Shown: positions 8,530-17,723, numbered from the stretch's first letter. The stretch is DNA of 64,000 nt from Candidatus Binatia bacterium (GCA_963666515.2 OY762897.2:608001-672000); one strand, 5' to 3'. The notes: a model not told the origin generated them from the letters alone. Program-made: numbers and translations.

Positions 8530-10125
8530 ATGACCAACGTCGAAACCATCGTCCGCATGTTGGAGCAGGCCGGAGTCCGCTGGGTCTTCGGCATCCCCAG
8601 CGGTCCGGTGCTGCCGCTCATCGAGGCCCTGGGCCGGAGTCCGGTAGAGTTCGTCCTCACCGCCAGCGAAACATCGGCGGGCTTCATGGCCACCACGGTG
8701 GGCCAGCTCACGGGCGTGCCCGGCGCCTGCGCTGCCACCGTCGGCCCCGGCGCCACCAACCTCACCACCGGAGTGGGTTGCGCCTGGCTCGACTGCGCGC
8801 CGGTGCTGGCCTTCACCTGCAACGTGTCCAGCCCCTGGCTCGGACGCAGGATCCAGATGCGCATCGACCACAACGCGCTCTTCCAGCCCCTCACGAAGGC
8901 CACCTGGGCCCTGGGCGCAGACGGGGTGGCGGACAGGGTGGCGGAAGCCTTGGCCCTGGCTACCGCGGAACCGCCCGGCCCGGTGCATCTCGACCTGCCG
9001 GAGGACGTGGGGCTGGCGGCGTCGACGGGCGCGGCGCCCCCGGATGCGTCCGCAGCGGAGTTGGTGGACGTGGCGGACGAGGCCCGGGGAGCCCTCGCCG
9101 ACGCGTTGTCCCGCAGCCGCCGACCGTTGGTCGTCACCGGTCTGACCTTCACTCGATGCGCGGCCGCGGAATCGCTGTTGCGCTTCATCGAGAAGCACCG
9201 CCTGCCGTTCGTGTCGACCCTGCACGCCAAGGGCTGCCTGCCGGAGAGCCACCCCAACTGGGCCGGGGTCATCGGCCGCGCCCGCCGGACCGACGTGCAG
9301 CGGATGCTCGACCGGGCCGACCTGATCATCGCCGTCGGTTACGACCCCATCGAGATCAACTACGAGGAGTGGGTGGGGGACATGCCGGTGTTTCACCTCG
9401 ACACGACCCCCGCGGAGGTAAGCCCGAGCGTCCGCTTCGTCTTCAACCGCGGCGGCGGCCTCGACCAAGCGCTGCGGCGGTGCGTAGACCTGCCTCCGGC
9501 GGCCAACGACTGGACGCCCGAGGAGTTGGAAGCCCACCGTGGTCTGCTGGACCGGGAACTACGGCCGGAAGGAAGCGGGTTCGCGGCGCATCATGTGCTC
9601 GACGTCCTGCGCGCGGCCCTGCCGGCGGACGGCGTCCTGGCCTACGACGTGGGCGCCCACACCCACCAGATCGCCACCCAGTGGCGCACCGACCTGCCCC
9701 GTACGCTGCTGGCCACCAACGGCTGGTCGTCCATGGGTTTCGGCATGCCCGCCGCCTACGCCGCCAAGATGGTCCACCCCGACCGTGCGGTGGTGGGGGT
9801 GGTGGGCGACGGCTGTTTCCAGATGACCGCCGGAGAGCTGGCCCTGGCCCGCCGGCGCAACCTCGCGGTCCCCATCATCGTCCTCAACGACGGCTGGCTG
9901 GGCCTCATGAAGGTGAAGCAGGAGCGCAGGGAGTTTCCGCTCTCGGGAGTGGAGTTGGGCGCGCGAGTGAACCCGCCGCCGCACTACTTCGGCGTACCCT
10001 GCAGGAGCGCCACAAGCATCGAGGAGGTCGATGCCGCCATCCGCTGGGGCCTCAACCGCTCCGGCCCCAGCGTCATCGAGGCCTTCATCGACGTGGAGCC
10101 CTACTCCGTCACGGTCTTCGACTGA
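8530..10125 (+). CDS. Thiamine-pyrophosphate-dependent enzyme (acetolactate synthase/decarboxylase superfamily)
   Basis: FGIPSG, catalytic Glu (ASET), GPGATN, GPVHLDLP and the GDG...N TPP motif (GDGCFQM...LND). Confidence 0.9.
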   Translation: MTNVETIVRMLEQAGVRWVFGIPSGPVLPLIEALGRSPVEFVLTASETSAGFMATTVGQLTGVPGACAATVGPGATNLTTGVGCAWLDCAPVLAFTCNVSSPWLGRRIQMRIDHNALFQPLTKATWALGADGVADRVAEALALATAEPPGPVHLDLPEDVGLAASTGAAPPDASAAELVDVADEARGALADALSRSRRPLVVTGLTFTRCAAAESLLRFIEKHRLPFVSTLHAKGCLPESHPNWAGVIGRARRTDVQRMLDRADLIIAVGYDPIEINYEEWVGDMPVFHLDTTPAEVSPSVRFVFNRGGGLDQALRRCVDLPPAANDWTPEELEAHRGLLDRELRPEGSGFAAHHVLDVLRAALPADGVLAYDVGAHTHQIATQWRTDLPRTLLATNGWSSMGFGMPAAYAAKMVHPDRAVVGVVGDGCFQMTAGELALARRRNLAVPIIVLNDGWLGLMKVKQERREFPLSGVELGARVNPPPHYFGVPCRSATSIEEVDAAIRWGLNRSGPSVIEAFIDVEPYSVTVFD

Positions 10126-10272
10126 GTATCGCTGCTGTCGATTACAGAGCGGGTCGGCCCAGTTGGGATATCGCGGTTACCGATCCGCGACAACAATCGA
10201 GTGGAGTGGTTCGGGAACCTATGTTAATAAACAGGAGTTATCTGTGTCGGCCGCGGTAACCGGAGACTCAGA

Positions 10273-11211
10273 ATGGCCACCTTCGCACCCGCCACGCCCG
10301 CAGCTATCGTCCACCACGGTGACGCCTATGACGTGCTGCCGGGACTCGATCGCGGGAGTGTCGATCTTCTGATCACGAGCCCACCATACTGGGGCCATCG
10401 GACATACGAGCAAGACCACAACTGGAACGTCTTTCAGGATTGGCTGGAGACCGGTGCGGACAAGAGTACCATTCCCGGCTATGAATGGTACCGCCGCAAC
10501 GGCGGTGTGCTCGGACTCGAGCCCTTGCCAGACTGGTATGTGTACCATCTCGTGGAGATGTTCGAGCGGTCCCGCCCGTCGCTCAAGCCGTCCGGAAGCG
10601 TTTGGGTAAACGTCGGCGACACCTACTTTGCGCGCTGGTCCAGCATTCGACAGAATGGACGTCAGGGATTGGGTGACGTGTCCCGACAGCGGCGGCGGAC
10701 TCCGATGGGCGGCTACCGGCAGGAAAAGCAATTGTTGCTTGTGCCCGCCCGTTTCGCGATCGCCATGCAGGAAAAGCGGTGGATTCTTCGCAACGATGTG
10801 ATTTGGTACAAGCCAAACGTCCCGCCGCGTCCCGAAACGGACCGCCTGCGTCTCAGCCATGAACATTTTTTTCACTTCGTCGTGCGGCCCACCAACGGCC
10901 GAGCCAAGTACTACTACGACATATCCGAGACCGAGACGGGCTCGAACGACGTCATCACACACTTCGTTCGCCCGGGAGAGAACGGGCACACCGCAACTTT
11001 TCCCGAGTCCTTGATCCGGCCGCGCATCCGCAGCAGTTGTCCTCCCGGAGGGACTATCCTCGATCCGTTCTGCGGTACGGGCCGCGCATTGGTCGCGGCT
11101 GTCGCCTCGGGACGCAGAGCGATTGGGATCGACGTTTCTGCAGACTATGCACAGGCGGCACTTGACGCTACCGAGACGTGTCAACTGACGTTGATGGACT
11201 CGGACCGATGA
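10273..11211 (+). CDS. Site-specific DNA methyltransferase, beta class, probably m4C
   Basis: TSPPY catalytic motif before the DPFCGTG SAM-binding motif; RNDVIWYKPN and HTATFP; ATGA overlap with the nuclease gene. Confidence 0.92.
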   Translation: MATFAPATPAAIVHHGDAYDVLPGLDRGSVDLLITSPPYWGHRTYEQDHNWNVFQDWLETGADKSTIPGYEWYRRNGGVLGLEPLPDWYVYHLVEMFERSRPSLKPSGSVWVNVGDTYFARWSSIRQNGRQGLGDVSRQRRRTPMGGYRQEKQLLLVPARFAIAMQEKRWILRNDVIWYKPNVPPRPETDRLRLSHEHFFHFVVRPTNGRAKYYYDISETETGSNDVITHFVRPGENGHTATFPESLIRPRIRSSCPPGGTILDPFCGTGRALVAAVASGRRAIGIDVSADYAQAALDATETCQLTLMDSDR

Positions 11212-12320
11212 CGAGGAATCGTGACAGTGGAAACTTCGTCAGCGAGTGGTTCGGCTACCGCACATTTCCGCAGGTCCATGGAAGCAAAGATGCACTTCGC
11301 ACACAGACGGCCGGTCAGTGTCCGTTCTTGACAGCAGCGACACGAGAGGAGCGAGAATGCGTCAAGAACGCTTCTTCCTACGGCGTCTGCACGATAAACA
11401 ACGCCAGCAACGGTAGCAGACAGGATTGGCTCGTCTGCCCTTATCGGGCGCTCGATTCCGACCTGATAGAAGACGTCGTGCGCCGACTCTTTCGCGCCGC
11501 GCCCAATCAGCCGCTGCTGGTTGTGCCGGCGCCTGCCCTTGAAAATCCCGCCATGCGGACGGCAGTCACCGGGCAGGCCGAAGACGGTGCCCTGAGTGTC
11601 GTCTACTTGCAGAACAAGCTCGGCGGCGAGATCTCCGTAAGTGCGACAAGCCGATCTCCCGAACTGTCGTTTGACATGACGCTCGTCGAACTCGTGGCTG
11701 GTGAGAGCGGTTCTGTACGTATAGGACGTTTCGGCGTATTGGAATTGCAGACTATGGACTTTCACGGATCGTATCGCCGATCAGTGCAGAACCTCAAGGA
11801 CGCGCTACGCCTGCACGGTGCGGATTTCGCGGATGTTCTCCAGAACAACCAGCGGTGGCTGTCAGACCGGATCGAGGGGCCTAACATCGCGAACGTGTTC
11901 AAGCGTACATTCTACCAGATGATGCTCAAGTTTCAGGTGGGGGTACATCCGAGGTCAGTCGGTACTGCGCTTGCGATTCCACAGGCTGTCTGGGACAGTT
12001 GGCAGCCCCATCTCGGCGGGCCGCATCTTGCTGAGCAAGCTGACGGCACCTACACGCTGCAAGCCGCGGAGGCGCGACATAGCAATGTTCGTGCATGGAT
12101 CTACGTGTTCGACATCGACGAGAAGCGTGATGTGCATCCGAGCCCGATCGTAGTGCGGCAAGCCATTGAGACGAACGCCGCATCGATTGCGTATCACGCG
12201 CTGGAAGAAGTGCCAGAGCACGCCTTCTCGGAAGGCGACTCCGCCCGTACCATTCTAGCCGCGATCCACCGTAGGGTGTCGGCATGGTGGCCGGAACTGA
12301 ACGACGACGGGGCGATTTGA
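11208..12320 (+). CDS. NotI-family type II restriction endonuclease
   Basis: Four-Cys site (CPFL..CVK..GVC..WLVCP), KLGGE, SFD, LELQTMDFHGSY and EGPNIANVFKRTFYQM follow the NotI pattern as I recall it. Confidence 0.88.
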   Translation: MTRNRDSGNFVSEWFGYRTFPQVHGSKDALRTQTAGQCPFLTAATREERECVKNASSYGVCTINNASNGSRQDWLVCPYRALDSDLIEDVVRRLFRAAPNQPLLVVPAPALENPAMRTAVTGQAEDGALSVVYLQNKLGGEISVSATSRSPELSFDMTLVELVAGESGSVRIGRFGVLELQTMDFHGSYRRSVQNLKDALRLHGADFADVLQNNQRWLSDRIEGPNIANVFKRTFYQMMLKFQVGVHPRSVGTALAIPQAVWDSWQPHLGGPHLAEQADGTYTLQAAEARHSNVRAWIYVFDIDEKRDVHPSPIVVRQAIETNAASIAYHALEEVPEHAFSEGDSARTILAAIHRRVSAWWPELNDDGAI

Positions 12321-12403
12321 TTCGACGTCGATACACGATCCCAATGCATTCGTCGGTGGGCGTGATGGCGCGTCGCCAGGAATTGCTGTAGGGTAGGGCG
12401 CGT

Positions 12404-13597
12404 ATGGCCGCCGAAACCCCCATCCGAAGGAACGTCTTCGTCCTGGCCACGTGTCAGATGCTGTTCGGGTCTTCGCGGACGCTTCTCATCGCCACCACGC
12501 CGGTCATCGCCCTGGGCATGGGCTACAAGGCGCTGGCCACCATGCCGGCGGCGCTGGTGATCGTCGGCACCGCCATCGCCACCATGCCGGCCTCGATGTT
12601 CATGCGCTTCACCGGACGGCGGCTCGGTTTCATGATCGGCGCCGGTATCGGCGCCCTCTCCGGCGCCATGGTCCTCTTCGCCATCGTCCGGGCTGACTTC
12701 TGGCTGTTGTGCCTTGCCGCCATCACCTACGGCGTCTTCGCCGCCTTCGGGCAGTACTTCCGCTTTGCCGCGGCCGATACCGCGCCCCAGGAGTTCAAGA
12801 GCACCGCCATCTCCCTGGTGCTGACCGGCGGCGTGGTGGCGGCCTTCGTCGGCCCCTACCTCGCCGCGACCGGAGAGGACCTCCTGGCGACGGGCGCGTT
12901 CATGGGTTCGTATGTCTTCCTCATCGGGCTCATGGTGCTCATCGCGCTGGTGCTGAGCTTCCTCGATATTCCCAATCTCACCCCGAGCGAGCGCGCCGCT
13001 GCCCAGCGTTCCCTGCCCCGGATCATGGCGCAGCCGGTGTTCATCGCCGCCACCCTGGCGGCGACCATGGGGCAGGGGGTGATGAACCTGTTGATGACGG
13101 CGATCCCCATCGCCATGGTCGAGGCCGATTTCCAGTTCGCCGACACCGCCTTCGTCATAAGCTGGCACAGCTTCGGCATGTTCGCGCCGGGGTTCATTAC
13201 CGGGTCCCTGATCAAGCGCTTCGGCGAGGTGCGCATCATCATGACCGGCGTGGTGTTGCAGCTCCTGTGCATCGGGGTGGCGCTGTCGGGTGAGGGCGTG
13301 ATGGAGTTCTGGTTTTCCATGCTGCTCCTCGGGGTGGGCTGGAATTTCGCCTTCACCGGCGGCACTTCGCTCCTGACGACGGCCCACAACCCGGCCGAGC
13401 GGGCCAAGACCCAGGGCGCCATGAGCTTCATCAACTACGCCTTCGTCGCGGTGGTGTCGCTGTCCTCAGGCGCGCTGCTGCACTACTTCGGGTGGGAATG
13501 GGTGAACCTGAGCAGCATCCCGCTGCTCGCCATCGCGGTGGTGGCGACCGTGTGGTTCACGCTCTCCAGGCCGCCGGCCGCGCCTGCGCCGGCCTGA
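12404..13597 (+). CDS. MFS transporter
   Basis: About 12 TM helices; GRRLGF loop, FRFAAAD, HSFGMFAPG and GWNF motifs. Confidence 0.88.
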   Translation: MAAETPIRRNVFVLATCQMLFGSSRTLLIATTPVIALGMGYKALATMPAALVIVGTAIATMPASMFMRFTGRRLGFMIGAGIGALSGAMVLFAIVRADFWLLCLAAITYGVFAAFGQYFRFAAADTAPQEFKSTAISLVLTGGVVAAFVGPYLAATGEDLLATGAFMGSYVFLIGLMVLIALVLSFLDIPNLTPSERAAAQRSLPRIMAQPVFIAATLAATMGQGVMNLLMTAIPIAMVEADFQFADTAFVISWHSFGMFAPGFITGSLIKRFGEVRIIMTGVVLQLLCIGVALSGEGVMEFWFSMLLLGVGWNFAFTGGTSLLTTAHNPAERAKTQGAMSFINYAFVAVVSLSSGALLHYFGWEWVNLSSIPLLAIAVVATVWFTLSRPPAAPAPA

Positions 13598-13603
13598 TTG
13601 CAA

Positions 13604-13629
13604 CCTGCCGGGCTTACGCATCCGGCAGG
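13604..13629. terminator. Possible bidirectional terminator hairpin between convergent genes
   Basis: cctgccgg / ccggcagg 8-bp stem, no U-tract. Confidence 0.35.
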
Positions 13630-13646
13630 CCGCCGGCCGGATGCTG

Positions 13647-14027
13647 CTACAGCACCGCCACCACCTCGATCTGGAACAGCATGTTGCCGCGCACGGGAGA
13701 CTTGATGGCGTGGCGCGCCGGCCGGTCATGTTCGTCGGGGAACATCTCGAGCCACGGCTTGTTGATGGCGTCCCGGTACTCTTCTTCCTTCAGGTAGACC
13801 GTCATTCGCACGATGTCGTCGGGGCTGCCGCCGGCCAGTTCCATGAACTTGCGGATGTTCTCGAACAGCACCTCGGCCTGTCTGTCGGGGTCCGTTGGCA
13901 GTTCCCCGGTAGCGGCGTCCCGTCCCGAGATGCCGGAGGAATAGACGATGTTACCGATCTTCGCTCCCATGGGGATCGGCGCGTTGTGGGGCACACCCGG
14001 CAACTCGATGCTCACTCGTTTGGACAT
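13647..14027 (-). CDS. RidA/YjgF/UK114 family protein
   Basis: C-terminal 126 aa of the long track ORF: VYSSGISG, DIVRMTVY, RPARHA, QIEVVA; GGAGG RBS upstream. Confidence 0.88.
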   Translation of the reverse strand: MSKRVSIELPGVPHNAPIPMGAKIGNIVYSSGISGRDAATGELPTDPDRQAEVLFENIRKFMELAGGSPDDIVRMTVYLKEEEYRDAINKPWLEMFPDEHDRPARHAIKSPVRGNMLFQIEVVAVL

Positions 14028-14080
14028 GGACTGGATCCTCCGTGTTGTGAGTGTGGCGCGCCACACCGGCAAGCCGCCCC

Positions 14081-15343
14081 TCAACCGGCGGCGGGCTCCA
14101 GGGTCTTCGCGCCTCTCGCGGTGATCACGAACAGGACGGCGGCGACGGCCATCACCACCAGCGTGCTGAGCCCCAGCGACCAGTTGATGCCGATATACGC
14201 GCCGGCAAAGCCCACGGTCAACCCGCTGAAGCTCCGCAGCCCCTGGGCGGCCATGTTGTATAGACCGATCAGTCGGCCGCGCAGGTTCGCCGGCGCTTCG
14301 AGCTGCACCAGCGTCTGCGCCATGGAGAGGAAGGCGAGATTCAGGATGCCGGCGGTGAACAGGAACAGCAGGGCCAGCACGTAGTGGGACGCGGTGGCAA
14401 AGGCGATCATCGCCACACACCACAGGATGGCCAGCACCACCGCGGTGGAGGCGCGCGCCGTCAGCAGCCCGCGCACTTCCAGCAACAGGCCGCCGGTCAC
14501 GGCGCCCGCGCCATTGGCGGCGAACAGCGCGGCGTAACCCACGCTCAGGTCGTCCGCGCCGAGCGACAGGGCGAACGCGGGCATCAGGGCCTGGAACGCG
14601 TTGCCCACGAAGAAGGCGTAGAAACCCACGAGCAGGATCATGGACAGCAGGACCCGGTTGTGCGAGGCGCCCCACAGCGCCGAAAGCGCATCCGCCCAGG
14701 TCCCTTTCGAGCTCTGCCTCCCGGAACCGTGGCCGGTGTAGGGTACCCGCCGGCACCAGATCACCAGCGGCAGGTAGATGAAGGCGTTGACGACCAGCGC
14801 CAACGTCGGTTTCAGCAACAACAGGGCGCCGCCTCCCACCGCGGGGCCGAAGAGGATTCCCAACTGCCGCCCGGTGGCCAGCAGCCGGATGCCGCTCTGC
14901 AGCGTCTCGGGTCCCACCACGTCGTAGATCATGAGCTGGCGCGACGGGTTCCACAGGGCGCCCGCCAAGCCGTGGAGCATCAGCAGGACCACCGAGTGCC
15001 ACATCTCCAGGCGGCCCGTGTAGAACAGCAAGGCCCAGGCGAGGCTCACGGAAATGAACAGCACCTGGGCCCACTCCATCACCCGGCGGCAGTCGAAGCG
15101 GTCCGCCAGCGCGCCGAAGTACCATGACAACGTCAGGGCGGGCAGCCAGTGGCTGATGACCGCGAAGCCCTGCAGGGTCTCGGAGCGGAACGTCTGGTAG
15201 ACGATCCCGTAGCTGATGACGTGCTCGATGTTGTCGGCCATCATCGACAGCATGTTGCCGACGAAAAACAACGCAAAGTCCCGGTTCCGGAGCGCGGCGA
15301 ACGCGGGCGGGGCCTGGGCGGGGGAGGGTGCGGGTTCGCTCAT
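14081..15343 (-). CDS. MFS transporter (MFS_3/EntS-like)
   Basis: ALRNRDF, GALADRFDCRR and LRGRLIG motifs; about 12 TM helices. Confidence 0.88.
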   Translation of the reverse strand: MSEPAPSPAQAPPAFAALRNRDFALFFVGNMLSMMADNIEHVISYGIVYQTFRSETLQGFAVISHWLPALTLSWYFGALADRFDCRRVMEWAQVLFISVSLAWALLFYTGRLEMWHSVVLLMLHGLAGALWNPSRQLMIYDVVGPETLQSGIRLLATGRQLGILFGPAVGGGALLLLKPTLALVVNAFIYLPLVIWCRRVPYTGHGSGRQSSKGTWADALSALWGASHNRVLLSMILLVGFYAFFVGNAFQALMPAFALSLGADDLSVGYAALFAANGAGAVTGGLLLEVRGLLTARASTAVVLAILWCVAMIAFATASHYVLALLFLFTAGILNLAFLSMAQTLVQLEAPANLRGRLIGLYNMAAQGLRSFSGLTVGFAGAYIGINWSLGLSTLVVMAVAAVLFVITARGAKTLEPAAG

Positions 15344-15423
15344 GGAGTGCAGAAGTCGTCGGACGGGGGTGCGGTACGGTCTCACTTTAGACGAGTTGTC
15401 GCGGGTTTGCCAAACGGAGCCGG

Positions 15424-15458
15424 AAAAACGAAGGGCAGCCGTGAAGGCTGCCCTCGTT
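15424..15458 (-). terminator. Rho-independent terminator after the Spy-like gene
   Basis: agggcagcc/ggctgccct stem followed by TTTTT on the minus strand. Confidence 0.75.
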
Positions 15459-15480
15459 CATGGTTGATGGAAAGGTGCGG

Positions 15481-16038
15481 CTACCGGCGCCCGCGGCCCT
15501 TGCGGCCCTGCAGCATGCGTTTCAACATGCCGTCTGCCTTGGCAATCTGTTCGGGCGTCAGCACCTCCCGCACCGCCACCACGGCGTCGGTGCGTGCCCG
15601 CAGCAGGTCGCCCCGGATCCTGGCGATCTCGTCGACCTTGGCGCCGATCTTGGCCTTGTCCACGGTCTCCTGCGATACCATTTCCCGGAGCTCGATGCCG
15701 GCGACCCGGGCGTCGGCGCGCAGACCGATCCTCTTCTTTCGCGCGTCCGTGAGCGCGCTCTTGATCTTCTTCACCTGCTCGTCAGTCAGCTCCAGCTTCT
15801 CGGTCATGCGCTTGACGGCGTTCCCGTGGCCGCGGCGTCCGCGCCGGCCCTCTTGGCCCCGCCGGCCTTCGCGTCCGCGCCAGTGCCGTCTCCCTCGCTC
15901 TTCACCCCTTTCGGCGCGGGCGATGCGGTCTCCGTCGCCCCGCCTGCCTTCGCCCTGCTGGCTCCAGGCGACGCCCCCGGAGAGCCCCACCAGAAGCAGC
16001 GGTACCATCATCAATGCCGTGCGCTTGTGATTCCTCAT
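15481..16038 (-). CDS. Spy/CpxP family periplasmic chaperone-like protein
   Basis: Signal peptide (VAWS-Q), Arg/Gly-rich region, two LTxEQ motifs (LTDEQ, LTPEQ). Confidence 0.88.
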   Translation of the reverse strand: MRNHKRTALMMVPLLLVGLSGGVAWSQQGEGRRGDGDRIARAERGEERGRRHWRGREGRRGQEGRRGRRGHGNAVKRMTEKLELTDEQVKKIKSALTDARKKRIGLRADARVAGIELREMVSQETVDKAKIGAKVDEIARIRGDLLRARTDAVVAVREVLTPEQIAKADGMLKRMLQGRKGRGRR

Positions 16039-16098
16039 CTTCGGTTCTCCCTTTCTCGTTGGCTTGTGAGTGGTTCGATCCGGATCGTGTTGTCAACG

Positions 16099-16118
16099 AT
16101 TAGACGCGGCGTGGTTCC
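16099..16118 (-). promoter_or_regulatory. GGAACC-N6-CGTCTAAT motif upstream of the Spy-like gene (ECF-promoter-like)
   Basis: Same 14 fixed bases and same spacing as the motif upstream of the sigma gene (17704-17723). Confidence 0.65.
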
Positions 16119-16128
16119 CGTGGCGCCG

Positions 16129-16581
16129 TCAATTGCCGTCGCGTAGCGATTCGAGCCGGGAGATCGTACGCTCGCGTTTCTTCCTTCGCCACTCGCGGAA
16201 GTTGTCGGTACGCCGTTCCAGCTTGCGCGCCTGCGCCTCGTCGAGGGCCGGCCTGATCTTGCCGTGGAAGTCGAGGATGATCCGGTCGGTTTCCTCGAGG
16301 GAACGGATCCGCGCCCGGTACAGGTCCCGGCGGGTCTGGCTCAGCAGCGGGCCGATCTCGGCCATCTGTCGATCGGAGAGGTCGAGTTCTTTTTGCAGCA
16401 TGCGGATGTACCGGCCGCTCGATCCGTGCTTCGGACCGCGGCGGTGCTCCTTGCCGTCCCTGAAGTCATGCCATGACCGGCCCCACAGGTGCTTGACGGG
16501 GTAGACCTGCCCGACCAGGAGGCCCCCCATCAGGCCCAGGAGGAACACCCCCACCACTGCGATAAAGGCTTTGCGTTTCAT
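16129..16581 (-). CDS. Membrane-anchored periplasmic helical protein (Spy/heavy-metal-sensor-like)
   Basis: N-terminal TM helix; LDLSDRQ and LDEAQ LTxxQ-like motifs; overlaps the anti-sigma stop codon. Confidence 0.72.
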   Translation of the reverse strand: MKRKAFIAVVGVFLLGLMGGLLVGQVYPVKHLWGRSWHDFRDGKEHRRGPKHGSSGRYIRMLQKELDLSDRQMAEIGPLLSQTRRDLYRARIRSLEETDRIILDFHGKIRPALDEAQARKLERRTDNFREWRRKKRERTISRLESLRDGN

Positions 16582-17036
16582 GGAACTCGAGCTCCTACCC
16601 ATGCGATCAGCACCGCGTCGGGTTCGTCCGCGGACAAGGTTTCCTGTCCGGATCCGTTCTCCAGCATGGCGGCGGTTGCGGGCACCTGCTCCCGGGTCTC
16701 CGGCAGCATGTCGCGCCACAGGCCCACGCCGCCCAGAAGCAACACCACCAGCGCAAACGCGGGAGCCAACCGGCGGCTGAAGAGCAGCACGGCATCGCTT
16801 AGGGATGCGCGCCGGCTCTCTTCCTCACGGATTCTGGCCATGACCCCGGGCCACGCGGGCCGCCCGGCGGACGGCTCCGGCGCAGCGGCGAAGAAGCGCA
16901 GCCAACGCCGCTCCTCTTCGAGGACTCCGCGGCAGGCCGCGCACGACTCGGCATGTCCCCTGTGCGCGTCCGGGATCTTCTCCATCTGTCCCGCGCCGGC
17001 TGTTTCCAGCCACTGCCTGAAATCATCACAGGTCAC
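16578..17036 (-). CDS. Zinc-finger (zf-HC2) transmembrane anti-sigma factor
   Basis: MTC...HAESCAAC (C..HxxxCxxC) motif, one TM helix, directly after the ECF sigma gene. Confidence 0.82.
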   Translation of the reverse strand: MTCDDFRQWLETAGAGQMEKIPDAHRGHAESCAACRGVLEEERRWLRFFAAAPEPSAGRPAWPGVMARIREEESRRASLSDAVLLFSRRLAPAFALVVLLLGGVGLWRDMLPETREQVPATAAMLENGSGQETLSADEPDAVLIAWVGARVP

Positions 17037-17039
17037 GAG

Positions 17040-17663
17040 TCACCTCCGAGCCAATTCCGAAACATGAGGGGCGAGCATTTGCCGCAGGCGTTCACGGGCG
17101 CGGGCGTGCCGCGATTTGACCGTGCCCACCGAACATTTCAGGATCGCGGCGACTTCCTGGTAGGAGTTTCCCTCCATGTCCTTCAAGGTAACGACGACAC
17201 GCAAGCGGTCGGGCAACGAGGCCACGGTCCGGGCCACCAGGCGGCTGGCGGCGCTGTCCGCGGGCTCGCCGTCTTCACCGTCCCGGGGCTCGTCCGTGGT
17301 AAGAAGGTCGCGAAGGCCCTGTACGGCATCCTCCCCGGGCTCCGCGTCGAGATATACCTTGCCCGACTGTTTCTTGAGCTCGTCCCTGGCGCGATTGATG
17401 GCGATGCGCGTGATCCACGTGCCGAAGGTCGCGTCTTCCCGGAACTTGCTCAGCGAGAAGAACGCCTTGACGAAGACCTCCTGGACCACGTCGTCCACGT
17501 CACCGTGATCCGGCCCGAGGAGCCTGCCGACGAGCCGGTGGAGGCGCGCCTGGTAGCGCTCCACCAGGAGCCGGTAGGCGTCCGAATCGCCGTCCCGGAC
17601 CCGTCGCACCGCGTCCCTCTCCGCATCTTCCAGCGTGAGCGGATACGGCAGAGCTTCCGTCAT
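17040..17663 (-). CDS. ECF sigma factor (RpoE/SigW-like)
   Basis: Region 2 DDVVQEVF..FGTWITRIAIN; region 4 SYQEVAAILKCSVGTVKSR. Confidence 0.93.
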   Translation of the reverse strand: MTEALPYPLTLEDAERDAVRRVRDGDSDAYRLLVERYQARLHRLVGRLLGPDHGDVDDVVQEVFVKAFFSLSKFREDATFGTWITRIAINRARDELKKQSGKVYLDAEPGEDAVQGLRDLLTTDEPRDGEDGEPADSAASRLVARTVASLPDRLRVVVTLKDMEGNSYQEVAAILKCSVGTVKSRHARARERLRQMLAPHVSELARR

Positions 17664-17703
17664 CCTCAATCGCTTCCCCCGCTCGAACGGACTGCTTCTC
17701 TGA

Positions 17704-17723
17704 ATTAGACGTTGACCGGTTCC
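17704..17723 (-). promoter_or_regulatory. GGAACC-N6-CGTCTAAT motif upstream of the ECF sigma gene (putative autoregulatory site)
   Basis: Minus strand reads GGAACC ggtcaa CGTCTAAT, 40 nt before the ATG; second copy at 16099-16118. Confidence 0.65.

Noticed and set aside
8517-10259. Long alternative-frame and antisense ORFs (e.g. 8517..10259, 18644..20875, 25933..27735, 44436..46163, 53515..55347)
   Set aside because: They are shadow ORFs of real genes in high-GC DNA: Arg/Gly/Pro/His-rich with no recognisable motifs.
10126-12403. Calling the restriction-modification region a mobile element
   Set aside because: No integrase, transposase, tRNA target or flanking direct repeats were found; only composition hints at horizontal origin.
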